Shown: positions 1-9,772, counted from the stretch's first letter. The stretch: DNA of 23,430 bases from Bacteriovoracaceae bacterium (GCA_049599895.1 JBMYPC010000043.1:1-23430), one strand, 5' to 3'. Notes: generated by a model from the letters alone, not told the origin. Program-made: numbers and translations.

Positions 1-1
1 T

Positions 2-907
2 GGATTTGAACATCTTCGCCTAAGGCCTTTTAGCGCTACAGCAAACTCAAAAGAACTCACACCAGTTAATAACTATGGAAAAGATCAAACCTGGCAGGAA
101 AGAAAAATTCTGCTTGAAAAGATTTTAGAAAATCATTTTGATTTTCTTATTACCGAGTACTATCCATTTGCTCGAGGTGAATTTCAATTAGAAGTAGATT
201 TTATCTTACAATCTCTTCGAAAAAATAATTCTAATATTAAAGTCTTTTGTTCAGTGAGAGATATTTTAAACGAAAAGCTTTTAAATACTGAAGCAAGCAT
301 CCAAGAAAAGTTGTTGGAAAATTATGATGCTGTATTGGTGCATTGTTCAGAAGAAGATGAGAGAAAAATTGCATTAAAGGTAAATATCCCTCTCCATTAT
401 ACAGGTTATATAAGTTCTCCACGTAAAAGAAAAGATGTTAAAGGAGATGGAATTTGTATTTCATGTGGTGGAGGTCGCTTTCTAGAAGAATTTTTAAAGC
501 AAATTAAAGATTTTATACATTTTTTTCAAGATAAAGGAGAAGCTGTAAAAATTCTCCCTGGGCCATGGGGGAGCTATTCACAAGTAGATTTAAATAATCA
601 AGTTGAAATCATTCATCACTCTAATGACCTTGAAGATGTTTTAAGTTCATCGAAGCTTTATATTGGAACTTTCGGTTATAATACGGCTGTTGCTTTGGCC
701 AAATATCAAGTCAACTCACTTATACATCCATTTGATGGTTTCAGTGAGCAAGAGGAAAGACTTAAAAGTTTTAAAAAATATTTAAATTTGCAAAGACTTG
801 ATCAAAGCATTCATTTTGATAGTTTACAGTTTAGCGAGAAGCCCACCGATATTATTGAGCTTGATGGAGCTAGAAAAACTCGAGAAATTATAGGAACTTA
901 CCTTTAG
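2..907 (+). CDS. Predicted GT-B glycosyltransferase (COG4671-like), 5'-truncated by the window edge
   Basis: The frame of ORF 254..907 is open back to position 2 (GFEHLRLRPF...FDFLITEYYPFARGEFQLEV...VFCSVRDIL). The ITExYPF-R, CSxRDIL, YTGYIS, SCGGGR, GYNT and EQEER motifs are typical of this family. Confidence 0.75.
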   Translation, partial: GFEHLRLRPFSATANSKELTPVNNYGKDQTWQERKILLEKILENHFDFLITEYYPFARGEFQLEVDFILQSLRKNNSNIKVFCSVRDILNEKLLNTEASIQEKLLENYDAVLVHCSEEDERKIALKVNIPLHYTGYISSPRKRKDVKGDGICISCGGGRFLEEFLKQIKDFIHFFQDKGEAVKILPGPWGSYSQVDLNNQVEIIHHSNDLEDVLSSSKLYIGTFGYNTAVALAKYQVNSLIHPFDGFSEQEERLKSFKKYLNLQRLDQSIHFDSLQFSEKPTDIIELDGARKTREIIGTYL

Positions 908-982
908 GAAAATCCAAGTAGTAGTTAGTCATGACTTAGGTTATAATATCAATTTGAACTCTAATTTTGTTAAGGTTTTAGT

Positions 983-2206
983 ATGGCAGTTTTAAGCGAA
1001 GCTAATTGGTTTATCACCTTAGATTGTAACTATGATTGTGATTATTGCGCACAAAGAATGTATCTCGACTCCCTTAAAGAAGAAAAATTTGCTCGTAAGC
1101 AATGGGAAATAGGCCGTAAGCTTAATAAGCTTCTTACTGATACTGGGAAAGAGTGGGTGATTACGCTTACGGGAGGAGAGCCATTTATTTCTCCACACTT
1201 TGTTGACATCTGTGAAATGCTCACAAAAAATCATAAGATTACTGTCGATACAAATCTCACCTACGAAAAGAGAGCTATAGAATTTTCCGAAAAAATTGAC
1301 CCTGGTCGAGTACGTGTTTTATTTGTTTCCTGTCATATTGAAGAAAGAGAGAAGCATGGAGATGTCGAAAAATTTATTCGTCTTATAAAAATGTTAAAAG
1401 AAAAAGGTTTTCCTGTAACAGTAAGTTATGTTCTTCATCCAAGATTTGCTAAAAGATTCAATGATGATGAAAAGTTTTTTAAATCTCACGGAATAGATTT
1501 ACTCCCTAAGCCGTATCGGGCACCGCTCGATTTTATTGACCTTAGAGATGAGACAGAAGAAAATTATCCGGAAGAGACTGTTGCTATTCTAAAAAGGTTT
1601 CCTCGAGTCGGGAAAAAAACGACTTTAAAAACTAAAGGCGTAATGTGTAATGCAGGAAAAGATTTTATACGAGTAAAGCCACATGGAAAAGTGACAAGAT
1701 GTGTTTTTAATACGAACTACATTGGAAACATACTTGACGATGACTTTTCATTAGTTAAAGAAGCTTATGAGTGTGATTCAAATTACTGTACCCAATCAGG
1801 GCTTCGCTACGCGATTTTGAAGGATCATGAAAAAAAATTCTTAGATAGTTACGTTCGTTTGAGAGTTGGTGAATACATAGAGGCAAAAAAACTGTTGAGA
1901 GAACTTGTAGACGAAACTCCTTTGCCCAGTGTGTTTAATAACTTAGCTTTTATAGCTCAGCGAGAAGGCAATTACGATCATGTCGATCTTTATATGGAAA
2001 AGGCTATTGAAGCCTCTGATGAGAGAATGGAAATCATTCATCAAAATTATAATCAGTATAAGGCCAATAGAGGGTATAAGCTTTTAGTTTGTATGAATAT
2101 TTATGCTGAATATTCAAAATATACTGGGAAATATGATCCTAGTCGTGCAATCGATTTTTCTAAAATACAAACAACGGCTACAAAGTTAAAGAATAATCCT
2201 GCTTGA
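983..2206 (+). CDS. Radical SAM protein with SPASM/twitch-like Cys region and C-terminal TPR-like segment
   Basis: CxxxCxxC (CNYDCDYC); LTGGEPF; CNAG...GKVTRC...IGNI...C-x4-C auxiliary cluster pattern; TPR-like VFNNLAFIAQREGNYDHV. Confidence 0.85.
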   Translation: MAVLSEANWFITLDCNYDCDYCAQRMYLDSLKEEKFARKQWEIGRKLNKLLTDTGKEWVITLTGGEPFISPHFVDICEMLTKNHKITVDTNLTYEKRAIEFSEKIDPGRVRVLFVSCHIEEREKHGDVEKFIRLIKMLKEKGFPVTVSYVLHPRFAKRFNDDEKFFKSHGIDLLPKPYRAPLDFIDLRDETEENYPEETVAILKRFPRVGKKTTLKTKGVMCNAGKDFIRVKPHGKVTRCVFNTNYIGNILDDDFSLVKEAYECDSNYCTQSGLRYAILKDHEKKFLDSYVRLRVGEYIEAKKLLRELVDETPLPSVFNNLAFIAQREGNYDHVDLYMEKAIEASDERMEIIHQNYNQYKANRGYKLLVCMNIYAEYSKYTGKYDPSRAIDFSKIQTTATKLKNNPA

Positions 2207-2213
2207 GAAAGTT

Positions 2214-3173
2214 TTGACTAATAAAATCCTACTTACAGGCGCTGCTGGATTTATTGCTTCTTCCACCGCGAAGTTGTTACTAGATAATGACTTTGAAGTG
2301 ATAGGTATAGATCATCTCAATGATTACTATGATGTGGGTCTTAAAGAATACAGATTGGCAAAGTTAAAGAAACTTAATGGATTTCAGTTTGTACAATTAG
2401 ACATAGAAAACAGATCAGGTCTTGATCAATTTTTTCGTAATCATAATTTTTCTGCCGTGATAAACCTTGCTGCAAGAGCAGGTGTTCGTTACTCAATAGA
2501 TAATCCTTATGTCTATTACTCTACAAATGTTTTGGGAACTTTAAATATTTTAGAGTGTATGAAAGAGAATAAAGTACGTAAACTTGTTACTGCCTCTACG
2601 AGTTCACTTTATTCTGGTTTAGAAATGCCATTTGAAGAGTCTATGCCAGTTAGTACTCAGATATCACCTTATGGAGCCTCTAAAAAGGCTGCGGAAGTTC
2701 TATGTTATACATATCATAAACTTTATCAAATTGATGTTAGTATACTTCGTTATTTTACAGTGTATGGACCTGCAGGAAGGCCAGATATGTCGGTTCTTCG
2801 TTTTATAAAATGCATTGACGAAGGCAGACCCATTGAGATCTATGGCGACGGAACTCAGGCCAGAGATTTTACTTATATTAGTGATATTGCCGAGGGAACA
2901 CTTAAATCTTTGAAACCACTTGATTATGAAATAATCAATTTGGGAGGTGGTCAAGAACCAACGACTGTCTTAGATCTAATCGAAATTATTGAAGAAAAAC
3001 TTTCGAAGAAAGCGATTGTTAATCACTTACCTTTTCATGCTGCTGACATGAAAGGGACTTGGGCGAACATCGAAAAGGCGAATAAACATCTCGCATGGAC
3101 TCCGAAAGTACTACTAGAAGATGGGATTCAAAAAACAATAGACTGGTACAATGAGTACAAAGCTAAGTTATAA
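2214..3173 (+). CDS. NAD-dependent epimerase/dehydratase (UDP-glucuronate 4-epimerase-like, extended SDR)
   Basis: TGAAGFIA nucleotide-binding motif, NLAARAGVRYS, YGASK catalytic YxxxK, LRYFTVYGPAGRPDM; TTG start. Confidence 0.9.
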   Translation: MTNKILLTGAAGFIASSTAKLLLDNDFEVIGIDHLNDYYDVGLKEYRLAKLKKLNGFQFVQLDIENRSGLDQFFRNHNFSAVINLAARAGVRYSIDNPYVYYSTNVLGTLNILECMKENKVRKLVTASTSSLYSGLEMPFEESMPVSTQISPYGASKKAAEVLCYTYHKLYQIDVSILRYFTVYGPAGRPDMSVLRFIKCIDEGRPIEIYGDGTQARDFTYISDIAEGTLKSLKPLDYEIINLGGGQEPTTVLDLIEIIEEKLSKKAIVNHLPFHAADMKGTWANIEKANKHLAWTPKVLLEDGIQKTIDWYNEYKAKL

Positions 3174-3339
3174 TTTTTTACAAGATGATAAAGCATTTCT
3201 CAGACACCTCGATAAAATCAATCTCTACGACAATGACCATGACTATTTTTATATTGAGCTTTTTGGTGCCATTTTTTCTGTATTAAGAAATAGTTCAAGA
3301 GCAGAGCAGTCTCTGTGGTAATTTGTAATCATTTCGACT

Positions 3340-3376
3340 TTTGCTAGATAACAATTTAAAATAGTTATCTAGCAAA
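3340..3376. terminator. Perfect 13-bp stem hairpin between convergent genes, probable bidirectional terminator
   Basis: TTTGCTAGATAAC (3340-3352) / GTTATCTAGCAAA (3364-3376). Confidence 0.65.
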
Positions 3377-3386
3377 GCAACTTAAA

Positions 3387-3734
3387 TTACATTCTATCTA
3401 GCTCTTTACAATCAATCGCCTGAGGCTGGTCGGCATGCTCTCGATATGTTACTGAACAATTGGCTACGATATAATCTACAACTTCATCGTTTTGAATTTT
3501 AACCATTTTAATTGTTGCACTGGACTTCATTATTGATTCGCCTCTACTCGCTCGTAATTTACGAGTCGATAAGTTTGTTGCACTGTCAATACATTCTTGC
3601 TCATCTGAAAAACCTAAAAAATCATAAGCATCAGCTGCTTCATAACAAATACTCTTTAAAACGATTTCTTCTTGCTCGTTAGCAATAACAGTAAAAGATG
3701 TGAGTAAAGCAGTCATAAGGATTAAAAATTTCAT
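3387..3734 (-). CDS. Small secreted hypothetical protein with four Cys
   Basis: Likely start MKFLILMTALLTSFTVIA (ATG at 3734, GGGAGG RBS upstream) rather than 3758; Sec-type signal peptide. Confidence 0.7.
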   Translation of the reverse strand: MKFLILMTALLTSFTVIANEQEEIVLKSICYEAADAYDFLGFSDEQECIDSATNLSTRKLRASRGESIMKSSATIKMVKIQNDEVVDYIVANCSVTYREHADQPQAIDCKELDRM

Positions 3735-3892
3735 AAAGACCTCCCAGTCGTTTCTCAATTACAATTGCTAAATAACATAAGGAAATAATACCGCAATCAT
3801 ATTTGTAATATTTTCAGATATTTAACATATTCCTATTTATAGGGATGAACATTTTTGGGCTTGCAAACTAGGAACAGAGACCAACCATGACT

Positions 3893-4234
3893 TTAATCAT
3901 ACAGGGGAGCTCCCTTCAGTAATGTGTTACAGCTAGGACATATTCTCGGAGTGGGAATATCTATATCGGGTAAGCACTGTTCCCTTGGCATGTTAAGTAG
4001 CCATTGGAATCTTTTAGAAATGAGCGCTGATAAGTTCTGGGCCTTCGGTCCATTATGGTCATAACCTCAGGTTTCTTCATCCTGGCAAACATCAAATGCA
4101 ATGCTGTCAGCTCCACATTGGTGAAGATTTACCAAGTCTGATAATCTGTCATAGTAATCCAATAGTAAAATTTGTAGTGCCAGAAATGGCCAAATAAAAA
4201 TTAAATTTGCTATCAATTGGCCAATAGCGCCTTT
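3893..4234 (-). pseudogene. Possible decayed ORF (114 codons, one internal TGA at 4067-4069) with a CPSC motif; overlaps the left repeat copy
   Basis: Translation: KGAIGQLIANLIFIWPFLALQILLLDYYDRLSDLVNLHQCGADSIAFDVCQDEET*GYDHNGPKAQNLSALISKRFQWLLNMPREQCLPDIDIPTPRICPSCNTLLKGAPLYD*. No family recognised. Confidence 0.35.
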
Positions 4235-4245
4235 TTATAACCAAA
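4108..4245 (-). repeat. Left copy of ~139-bp inverted repeat (partner 13938-14076)
   Basis: The reverse complement aligns to 13938-14076 with 7 substitutions and 1 indel (manual alignment). Confidence 0.95.
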
Positions 4246-4418
4246 GTGGTGTCAAACTTCAGGAGCTAGACAGCAATACCTTTATTTCCTGTCAGACTTA
4301 AGGTGTCTAATTCGCCTCTATCCTCGAAAAAGTTTGAGAAGATTATAATGCGGCGAAGCCAGGTTGGTTTATGCAAATACTGACCTATATCAGGAAACAA
4401 TAGTTGGACCTTGTAGTT

Positions 4419-4454
4419 ATAGTTATATCCTATTCTTGTATAGTAAATAAATAT
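4419..4454 (+). promoter_or_regulatory. OxyR-type binding site upstream of katG
   Basis: ATAG-N7-CTAT-N6-ATAG-N7-ATAT, compared with the E. coli OxyR consensus ATAG-N7-CTAT-N7-ATAG-N7-CTAT; about 100 bp upstream of the katG start. Confidence 0.7.
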
Positions 4455-4556
4455 TATCTTAGTGTAGAATTTTCTCCTAACATTAAAAAACTAAGAAAAG
4501 TTAATTTAACAGTTCAGTAGATATAACTGAAAATAATTCAAAAACAGGAGGAAAGT

Positions 4557-6806
4557 ATGAAACTAAGAGCACTTTCTCTACTTGCCTTAACGGCATTAGT
4601 AGGGTGCGCTTCAACTTCTTCTGAAGACGGTAAATCGGGAATGATGAACCACTCTCAGAAGGCAGGGGTTGCAAAGTCAAATCAATTTTGGTGGCCTAAT
4701 CTTGTCGATTTATCACCACTTCGTCAGCACACTGCTGAGTCGAACCCAATGAGTAAGAGGTTCAACTACGCTAAGGAGTTTAAGAAATTAAACTTAAAAG
4801 CAGTTAAAAAAGACATTACTAAAGTTATGAAAACTTCTCAGGATTGGTGGCCGGCAGATTATGGTCATTATGGCCCATTCTTTATTCGTATGGCATGGCA
4901 TAGTGCTGGTACATACAGAGTTTCAGATGGACGTGGTGGTTCAGCTGGTGGACAAATGAGATTTGAGCCTCTTAATAGTTGGCCAGATAACGGAAACTTA
5001 GACAAGGCAAGAAGACTTCTTTGGCCAGTTAAGAAAAAGTACGGGAAAAGACTTTCGTGGGCCGACTTAATGATTCTTGCTGGAAACGTAGCACTTGAAG
5101 ATATGGGATTTAAAACATTTGGTTTTGCCGGAGGACGAACAGATGACTGGCAAGCTGATCTTGTATATTGGGGGCAAGAAAGAAAGTTCCTAGCAAGCAA
5201 GAGACATACAAAAGGCGGGAAGCTTAAAAAGCCATTTGGTGCAACTCAAATGGGATTAATTTATGTAAACCCTGAAGGACCAGGTGGAAAGCCTGATTTT
5301 TCTCTTGCAGGGAAAGCAATCCGTGAGGCATTTGGAAGAATGGCCATGAATGATGAAGAAACAGTAGCTCTTATTGCTGGTGGACATACATTTGGTAAAG
5401 CTCACGGAGCTAAAAAACCTAGTGGTTGTGTAGTAGGTGCCGAACCAGCAGCTGGAAAACTAGAAGAGCAAGGCTTTGGCTGGAAAAATAAGTGTGGTGA
5501 AGGAAAAGGAAAAGATACTATCACCAGTGGTCTTGAAGGTGCATGGACTTCAACTCCAACTCAGTGGAGTATGCAATTTCTTCAATTCTTGTATAATTTT
5601 GAATGGCAAAAAGTTGAAGGTGCAGGTGGCGCGATTCAGTGGGAGCCGACAGAAGAAAGCTCTAAGCACTTAGTTCCTGATGCACACGTTGCAGGTAAAA
5701 GACATAAGCCAATGATGTTTACAACAGACTTAGCTTTAAGATTTGATCCAATTTACGGAAAAATCACAAAGAGATTTTTGAATAACCCAAAAGAATTTGA
5801 AGATGCATTTGCGAGAGCATGGTTTAAGCTTACCCATAGAGATATGGGACCTCGTGGACGTTATATTGGTAAAGAAGTTCCAAGAGAAGTTCTTGCTTGG
5901 CAAGACCCTGTTCCAAGAGTTAACTATAAGCTAATTAGTAAAGAAGATGCTTCAAGTCTAAAATCTAAAATTTTAGCATCAGGACTTTCTGTTTCTGAGT
6001 TAGTTAGAACTGCATGGGCATCTGCTGCGAGTTTCCGTGGAACTGATATGAGAGGTGGTGCTAACGGTGCTAGAGTTCGTTTAGCTCCTCAAAAAGATTG
6101 GGCGGCTAATAATCCAAGAGAATTATCAAAAGTTCTTGGAAAGTTAGAAAGAATCCAAAAAGATTTCAATGCTTCATTGGGTGGAGGAAAGAAAGTTTCT
6201 CTTGCAGATGTAATCGTTCTTGCTGGTGCTGCTGGTGTTGAAAGAGCTGCTAAAAATGCAGGCGTGAATGTAAAAGTTGGATTTGTACCGGGAAGAACAG
6301 ATGCTTCTCAGAAAAATACTATCGTAAAATCTTTTTCTCACCTTGAGCCGAAGGCAGATGGTTTTAGAAATTATTACGCTAAAAATGCACCATTCACACC
6401 CATTGTATCACTAATTGATAAGGCAAATATGCTTAATCTAACAGTGCCAGAAATGACTGTTTTGATTGGTGGCTTAAGAACTCTTAACGCAAATGCTGGG
6501 GGAGTTAAGCATGGTGTATTTACTAAAAGAACTAGTACATTATCACCAGATTTCTTCGCAAACCTTTACGATATGTCTACTAAATGGGTTAAGTCGTCTG
6601 AAGAGGGTCTTTATGAAGGACGTGATAGAAAGTCTAATAAGCTGAAGTGGACAGCAACACCTGTTGATTTAGTATTTGGCTCAAATGCCGAACTAAGGGC
6701 AATTGGTGAAGTTTATGCTGCTAACGACGGTAAAAGAAAATTTGTTCAAGACTTTGTAAAAGCATGGACAAAAGTTATGAGACTTGATCGTTTTGATTTA
6801 AAGTAA
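4557..6806 (+). CDS. katG: Catalase-peroxidase with N-terminal lipoprotein signal peptide
   Basis: Distal [21 protein letters not shown] (Tyr of the Met-Tyr-Trp adduct), [11 protein letters not shown], proximal [36 protein letters not shown] lipobox. Confidence 0.97.
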   Translation: MKLRALSLLALTALVGCASTSSEDGKSGMMNHSQKAGVAKSNQFWWPNLVDLSPLRQHTAESNPMSKRFNYAKEFKKLNLKAVKKDITKVMKTSQDWWPADYGHYGPFFIRMAWHSAGTYRVSDGRGGSAGGQMRFEPLNSWPDNGNLDKARRLLWPVKKKYGKRLSWADLMILAGNVALEDMGFKTFGFAGGRTDDWQADLVYWGQERKFLASKRHTKGGKLKKPFGATQMGLIYVNPEGPGGKPDFSLAGKAIREAFGRMAMNDEETVALIAGGHTFGKAHGAKKPSGCVVGAEPAAGKLEEQGFGWKNKCGEGKGKDTITSGLEGAWTSTPTQWSMQFLQFLYNFEWQKVEGAGGAIQWEPTEESSKHLVPDAHVAGKRHKPMMFTTDLALRFDPIYGKITKRFLNNPKEFEDAFARAWFKLTHRDMGPRGRYIGKEVPREVLAWQDPVPRVNYKLISKEDASSLKSKILASGLSVSELVRTAWASAASFRGTDMRGGANGARVRLAPQKDWAANNPRELSKVLGKLERIQKDFNASLGGGKKVSLADVIVLAGAAGVERAAKNAGVNVKVGFVPGRTDASQKNTIVKSFSHLEPKADGFRNYYAKNAPFTPIVSLIDKANMLNLTVPEMTVLIGGLRTLNANAGGVKHGVFTKRTSTLSPDFFANLYDMSTKWVKSSEEGLYEGRDRKSNKLKWTATPVDLVFGSNAELRAIGEVYAANDGKRKFVQDFVKAWTKVMRLDRFDLK

Positions 6807-6812
6807 TTACTT

Positions 6813-6840
6813 AACGGCCAGTAGTACTGGCCGGTTTTTT
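6813..6840 (+). terminator. Rho-independent terminator of katG
   Basis: CGGCCAGT-agt-ACTGGCCG stem followed by GTTTTTT. Confidence 0.8.
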
Positions 6841-6859
6841 GGAAATAAAAAGGTATAAG

Positions 6860-7297
6860 ATGTATAAGTTGATTTTTATTCTAGTTTTAAGCAGTCTTTC
6901 AATCGTGGGAAATGCCAAAGAGTACAAAGTCGAAATGTTAAACAAGAGCAATGGAGAATCAATGGTGTTTAAACCAATGTTTCTGAAGGCTGAAGTTGGT
7001 GATATTATTACATTTATACCAACAACAAAAGGGCATACTTCTGAATCTGTATATACTCCGAAAGGTGCCAATACTTGGAAGGGCAAAACGAGTAAAGAGG
7101 TAAAGGTTACTTTGAACAAAGACGGTGTTTATATTTATAAATGCAAAAACCATGGTGTTATGGGGATGACCGGTTTAATTCAGGTAGGGAAGCCAGTTAA
7201 TTTAATAGAATCAAAAGAGTTCTATAATGAGTTTAAAAAGAAGTTCGTGATGAATAAAGACAGGCTAGATAAATTTTTAAATACAATTTCAGATTAA
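6860..7297 (+). CDS. Pseudoazurin-type blue copper protein (cupredoxin), exported
   Basis: Signal peptide MYKLIFILVLSSLSIVGNA; MLNK...MVFKPMFLKAEVGD; type-1 Cu ligands His (KGHTSES) and C-x2-H-x4-M (CKNHGVMGM). ATG 6860 preferred over TTG 6839. Confidence 0.88.
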   Translation: MYKLIFILVLSSLSIVGNAKEYKVEMLNKSNGESMVFKPMFLKAEVGDIITFIPTTKGHTSESVYTPKGANTWKGKTSKEVKVTLNKDGVYIYKCKNHGVMGMTGLIQVGKPVNLIESKEFYNEFKKKFVMNKDRLDKFLNTISD

Positions 7298-8238
7298 ATA
7301 TCAATAACTTCAATATTTTTCTTTTTGAGTGATGCTACACTTTTAGGCAAGTTTTTTAGAATTTTTTCTTCTAAAGCATCAATAATATTTTGTTTAAGAA
7401 AGCTTCTTGAATGAACAATGCTGACCTCTCTCGTAGGTATCGGCTTTTTGAATTGCTTAAGGTTATTTTTAATCTCTGAACTGGGTAGGTTTGAAGTAGC
7501 AAGTTCTGGAATTAAAGTATAGCCACGCCCTTTTCTTACGAGGTTCATTAGAGTTTCCATGCTGCCACTAGCAAAGTTTACGTTTTCTAATACGCTAGTG
7601 CTTCGGTTTAAGGAACAAATTCTAATAACTTGATCTCTAAGACAATGACCCTCTTCAAGTAGCCATACAGAGTTAGCGTCGAGGTCAGTATCGGAAATTA
7701 ATTTTCTTTTGTATAGCTCGTGGTTTTTAGAGGAAAAAATATGAAACTTCTCATAATAGAGCGATCTTTCAATGATTTTATCATCATAAAGTGGGGTAAC
7801 AAGAAGCCCAGCATCAATTTTTTCATCATAGAGAGATTTGATAATATTCTCTGTTTTTAACTCACTTATTTTTAGTTTTACGTCAGGAAATGTTTTTGAG
7901 AAGTCTTCGATAAATAGAGGGATTAGATAAGGCGCAACAGAGGGAATAACTCCCAAATGAAAATAACCGGAAACACCTCTCTCATTAGTGCCAATATCTA
8001 CAAGCTTTCGGCACTCCGAGAGTACGACTTTTGCTCTTTTAATCACCTCTTCCCCTTGAGAGGTTGTGATAATTGGCTTCTTTGAACGATCGAAAATGAT
8101 TATTCCTAATTCATCCTCAATTTTATGGACTTGGGCGGATAAAGAGGGTTGACTGACATGGCAATCCTCAGCAGCACGGCTAAAATTTTTGTGCTCATCA
8201 ACAGCAATAATGTACTCTAATTGGGTTAATGTAGGCAT
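7294..8238 (-). CDS. oxyR: Hydrogen peroxide-inducible LysR-family regulator OxyR
   Basis: LysR HTH (NFSRAAEDCHVSQPSLSAQ); LEEGHCLRDQVIRIC keeps both redox Cys (equivalent to E. coli C199/C208); adjacent to katG. Its stop overlaps the pseudoazurin stop (TTAA 7294-7297). Confidence 0.92.
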   Translation of the reverse strand: MPTLTQLEYIIAVDEHKNFSRAAEDCHVSQPSLSAQVHKIEDELGIIIFDRSKKPIITTSQGEEVIKRAKVVLSECRKLVDIGTNERGVSGYFHLGVIPSVAPYLIPLFIEDFSKTFPDVKLKISELKTENIIKSLYDEKIDAGLLVTPLYDDKIIERSLYYEKFHIFSSKNHELYKRKLISDTDLDANSVWLLEEGHCLRDQVIRICSLNRSTSVLENVNFASGSMETLMNLVRKGRGYTLIPELATSNLPSSEIKNNLKQFKKPIPTREVSIVHSRSFLKQNIIDALEEKILKNLPKSVASLKKKNIEVIDI

Positions 8239-8317
8239 ATTTGAAGCTCCATAGTCCTATACTCTTCATCTAGTCAAATGATAGTCTTGTCGAATAATAG
8301 CTTTAGGCGATGCGTGT

Positions 8318-8348
8318 GACAAAGGAGCCAGACAATGGCACCTTTGTC
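8318..8348. terminator. Hairpin downstream of cheV (terminator or REP-like palindrome)
   Basis: GACAAAGG-A-GCCA-gacaa-TGGC-A-CCTTTGTC; no clear U-tract. Confidence 0.5.
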
Positions 8349-8360
8349 TGTCAGGGGGTT

Positions 8361-9266
8361 TTAGAAATTTTCTGATATTTTCCTCAAAGCATTTAATATT
8401 TCAACCTCGTCAAATTTGACAATAAATTCACCTAAGTCATTGCTCTTAATATCTTCAACAAGACCTGGGTTAGATATACTGGTGTTAAATATAATAGGTA
8501 AATTTTGAGCTTCTGGAATTTCCTTTATTTTTCTCACCATTCCTAGACCATTTAAATGGGGCATCTCAATATCTGTGAATACAAAGTCGATCTTATCAAT
8601 ATTATTTTTTAGAATCTCGATACCCTCTTCTCCATCATTGGCCATGTAAACCTTAATACCGAGTTTATCAAATAATGAGGTGATTTTCTTTTGAAAAAGC
8701 TTTGAGTCTTCAGCAACTAAAGCAGTTAGGTTAGAGAAGACCTTGTTTTCAACAGCAATAGTTCTGGCAGGGCCCAAATCAATCTTTAACTTTTCAAAAA
8801 TTAACTCAATGTCGAGAAGATTAACAAAACCATCGGGCGTTTTTATAACCCCATTGAATAGTCTCATTTGGGTTGTGTCTAATGCCCCTGGCACAGGTGC
8901 TATTTTTGAGTTATCAAAAGTCTGGATTCTTTTGGTTGAGTTTACGATAAGCCCCACGATAATGTTTTGAAACTCACAAACGATAATCCGCTCATGTTGC
9001 AATTTAAAATCATGATTTTCTGACTCTTGAAAAAAATGACTTAGTAAAAGTATGGGGACAGGTATTCCTTTTAAGTCGATAACGCCTAAAAATGGGAAAT
9101 AGTTGCTTGGTAGAGTTTGTAATTCTACATCTTGAACAATTTCTTTTACTTTTTGAATATTGATTCCAAGTTCAATAACACTATTATCTCCAAGGTTAAT
9201 ATCAAAACGAAGAACCTTGACTATATTGCCACTACTAAAATGTTCAATTTTAAATTTTTTTTCCAT
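8361..9266 (-). CDS. cheV: Chemotaxis protein CheV (CheW + receiver)
   Basis: N-terminal CheW domain (GINIQKVKEIV, GVIDLKGIPVP); C-terminal REC (VAEDS, FTDIEMP, NTS, IVKFD). Confidence 0.9.
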   Translation of the reverse strand: MEKKFKIEHFSSGNIVKVLRFDINLGDNSVIELGINIQKVKEIVQDVELQTLPSNYFPFLGVIDLKGIPVPILLLSHFFQESENHDFKLQHERIIVCEFQNIIVGLIVNSTKRIQTFDNSKIAPVPGALDTTQMRLFNGVIKTPDGFVNLLDIELIFEKLKIDLGPARTIAVENKVFSNLTALVAEDSKLFQKKITSLFDKLGIKVYMANDGEEGIEILKNNIDKIDFVFTDIEMPHLNGLGMVRKIKEIPEAQNLPIIFNTSISNPGLVEDIKSNDLGEFIVKFDEVEILNALRKISENF

Positions 9267-9280
9267 TTTCTAATCCCAAC

Positions 9281-9772
9281 TTAGTTTAGTTCAGCCACAA
9301 CTAAGTCTGGTATAAAATAGCGGTGGGGCCTACCATCTATATCTATAATTTCTTCTTTCTTTGTATCTTCGTCAGGGTAACATTCAACTTTAGTTTTTCG
9401 GACATTATTAACAACAACCCCGAATACTTTTTTTTCTGTAGTTTCAAATACGACAATTCTCTTATCTAAGCTATTTTCTAAGTCTGAGAGTTTGCAAGAA
9501 TTATCCTGTTTTTTTTTAGGGCAAATAGGGCACAATATTGGGATGATTTTCCCCCTAAGGTTAATGACACCAACGTGTCCCATAACTTTCCTTGGATAAG
9601 GAATAATCTCTTTAAACTCGATAACTTCTTTGACAGAATGAATTGATGAGAAAAACAATGCACCCTCTAACAAAAAGGTGAGTCCAAGTTCATTTTTTAG
9701 TCCCTGAGAACTTTCTTCTCCTGTAATAGAGTTTTGTTGCTCCGAAAATATGTTATCAAGCGCATTTTCCAT
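9281..9772 (-). CDS. cheW: CheW-like coupling protein, divergent, with Cys-rich insertion
   Basis: VKEVIE...GVINLRGKIIPI motif; start overlaps the cheA end by 17 nt. Confidence 0.8.
   Translation of the reverse strand: MENALDNIFSEQQNSITGEESSQGLKNELGLTFLLEGALFFSSIHSVKEVIEFKEIIPYPRKVMGHVGVINLRGKIIPILCPICPKKKQDNSCKLSDLENSLDKRIVVFETTEKKVFGVVVNNVRKTKVECYPDEDTKKEEIIDIDGRPHRYFIPDLVVAELN

Noticed and set aside
3151..3321. 56-aa ORF overlapping the epimerase end (MSTKLSYNFLQDDKAF...)
   Set aside because: No RBS and no recognisable motif; could be a remnant but cannot be supported.
4067..4069. In-frame TGA in the 3893-4234 minus-strand frame read as selenocysteine
   Set aside because: No convincing SECIS-like hairpin downstream, no good start or RBS, and no redox motif context; a nonsense mutation or chance is simpler.
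8239..8300. OxyR autoregulatory site upstream of oxyR (scattered ATAG/CTAT tetramers)
   Set aside because: Spacing does not fit ATAG-N7-CTAT well enough to call.
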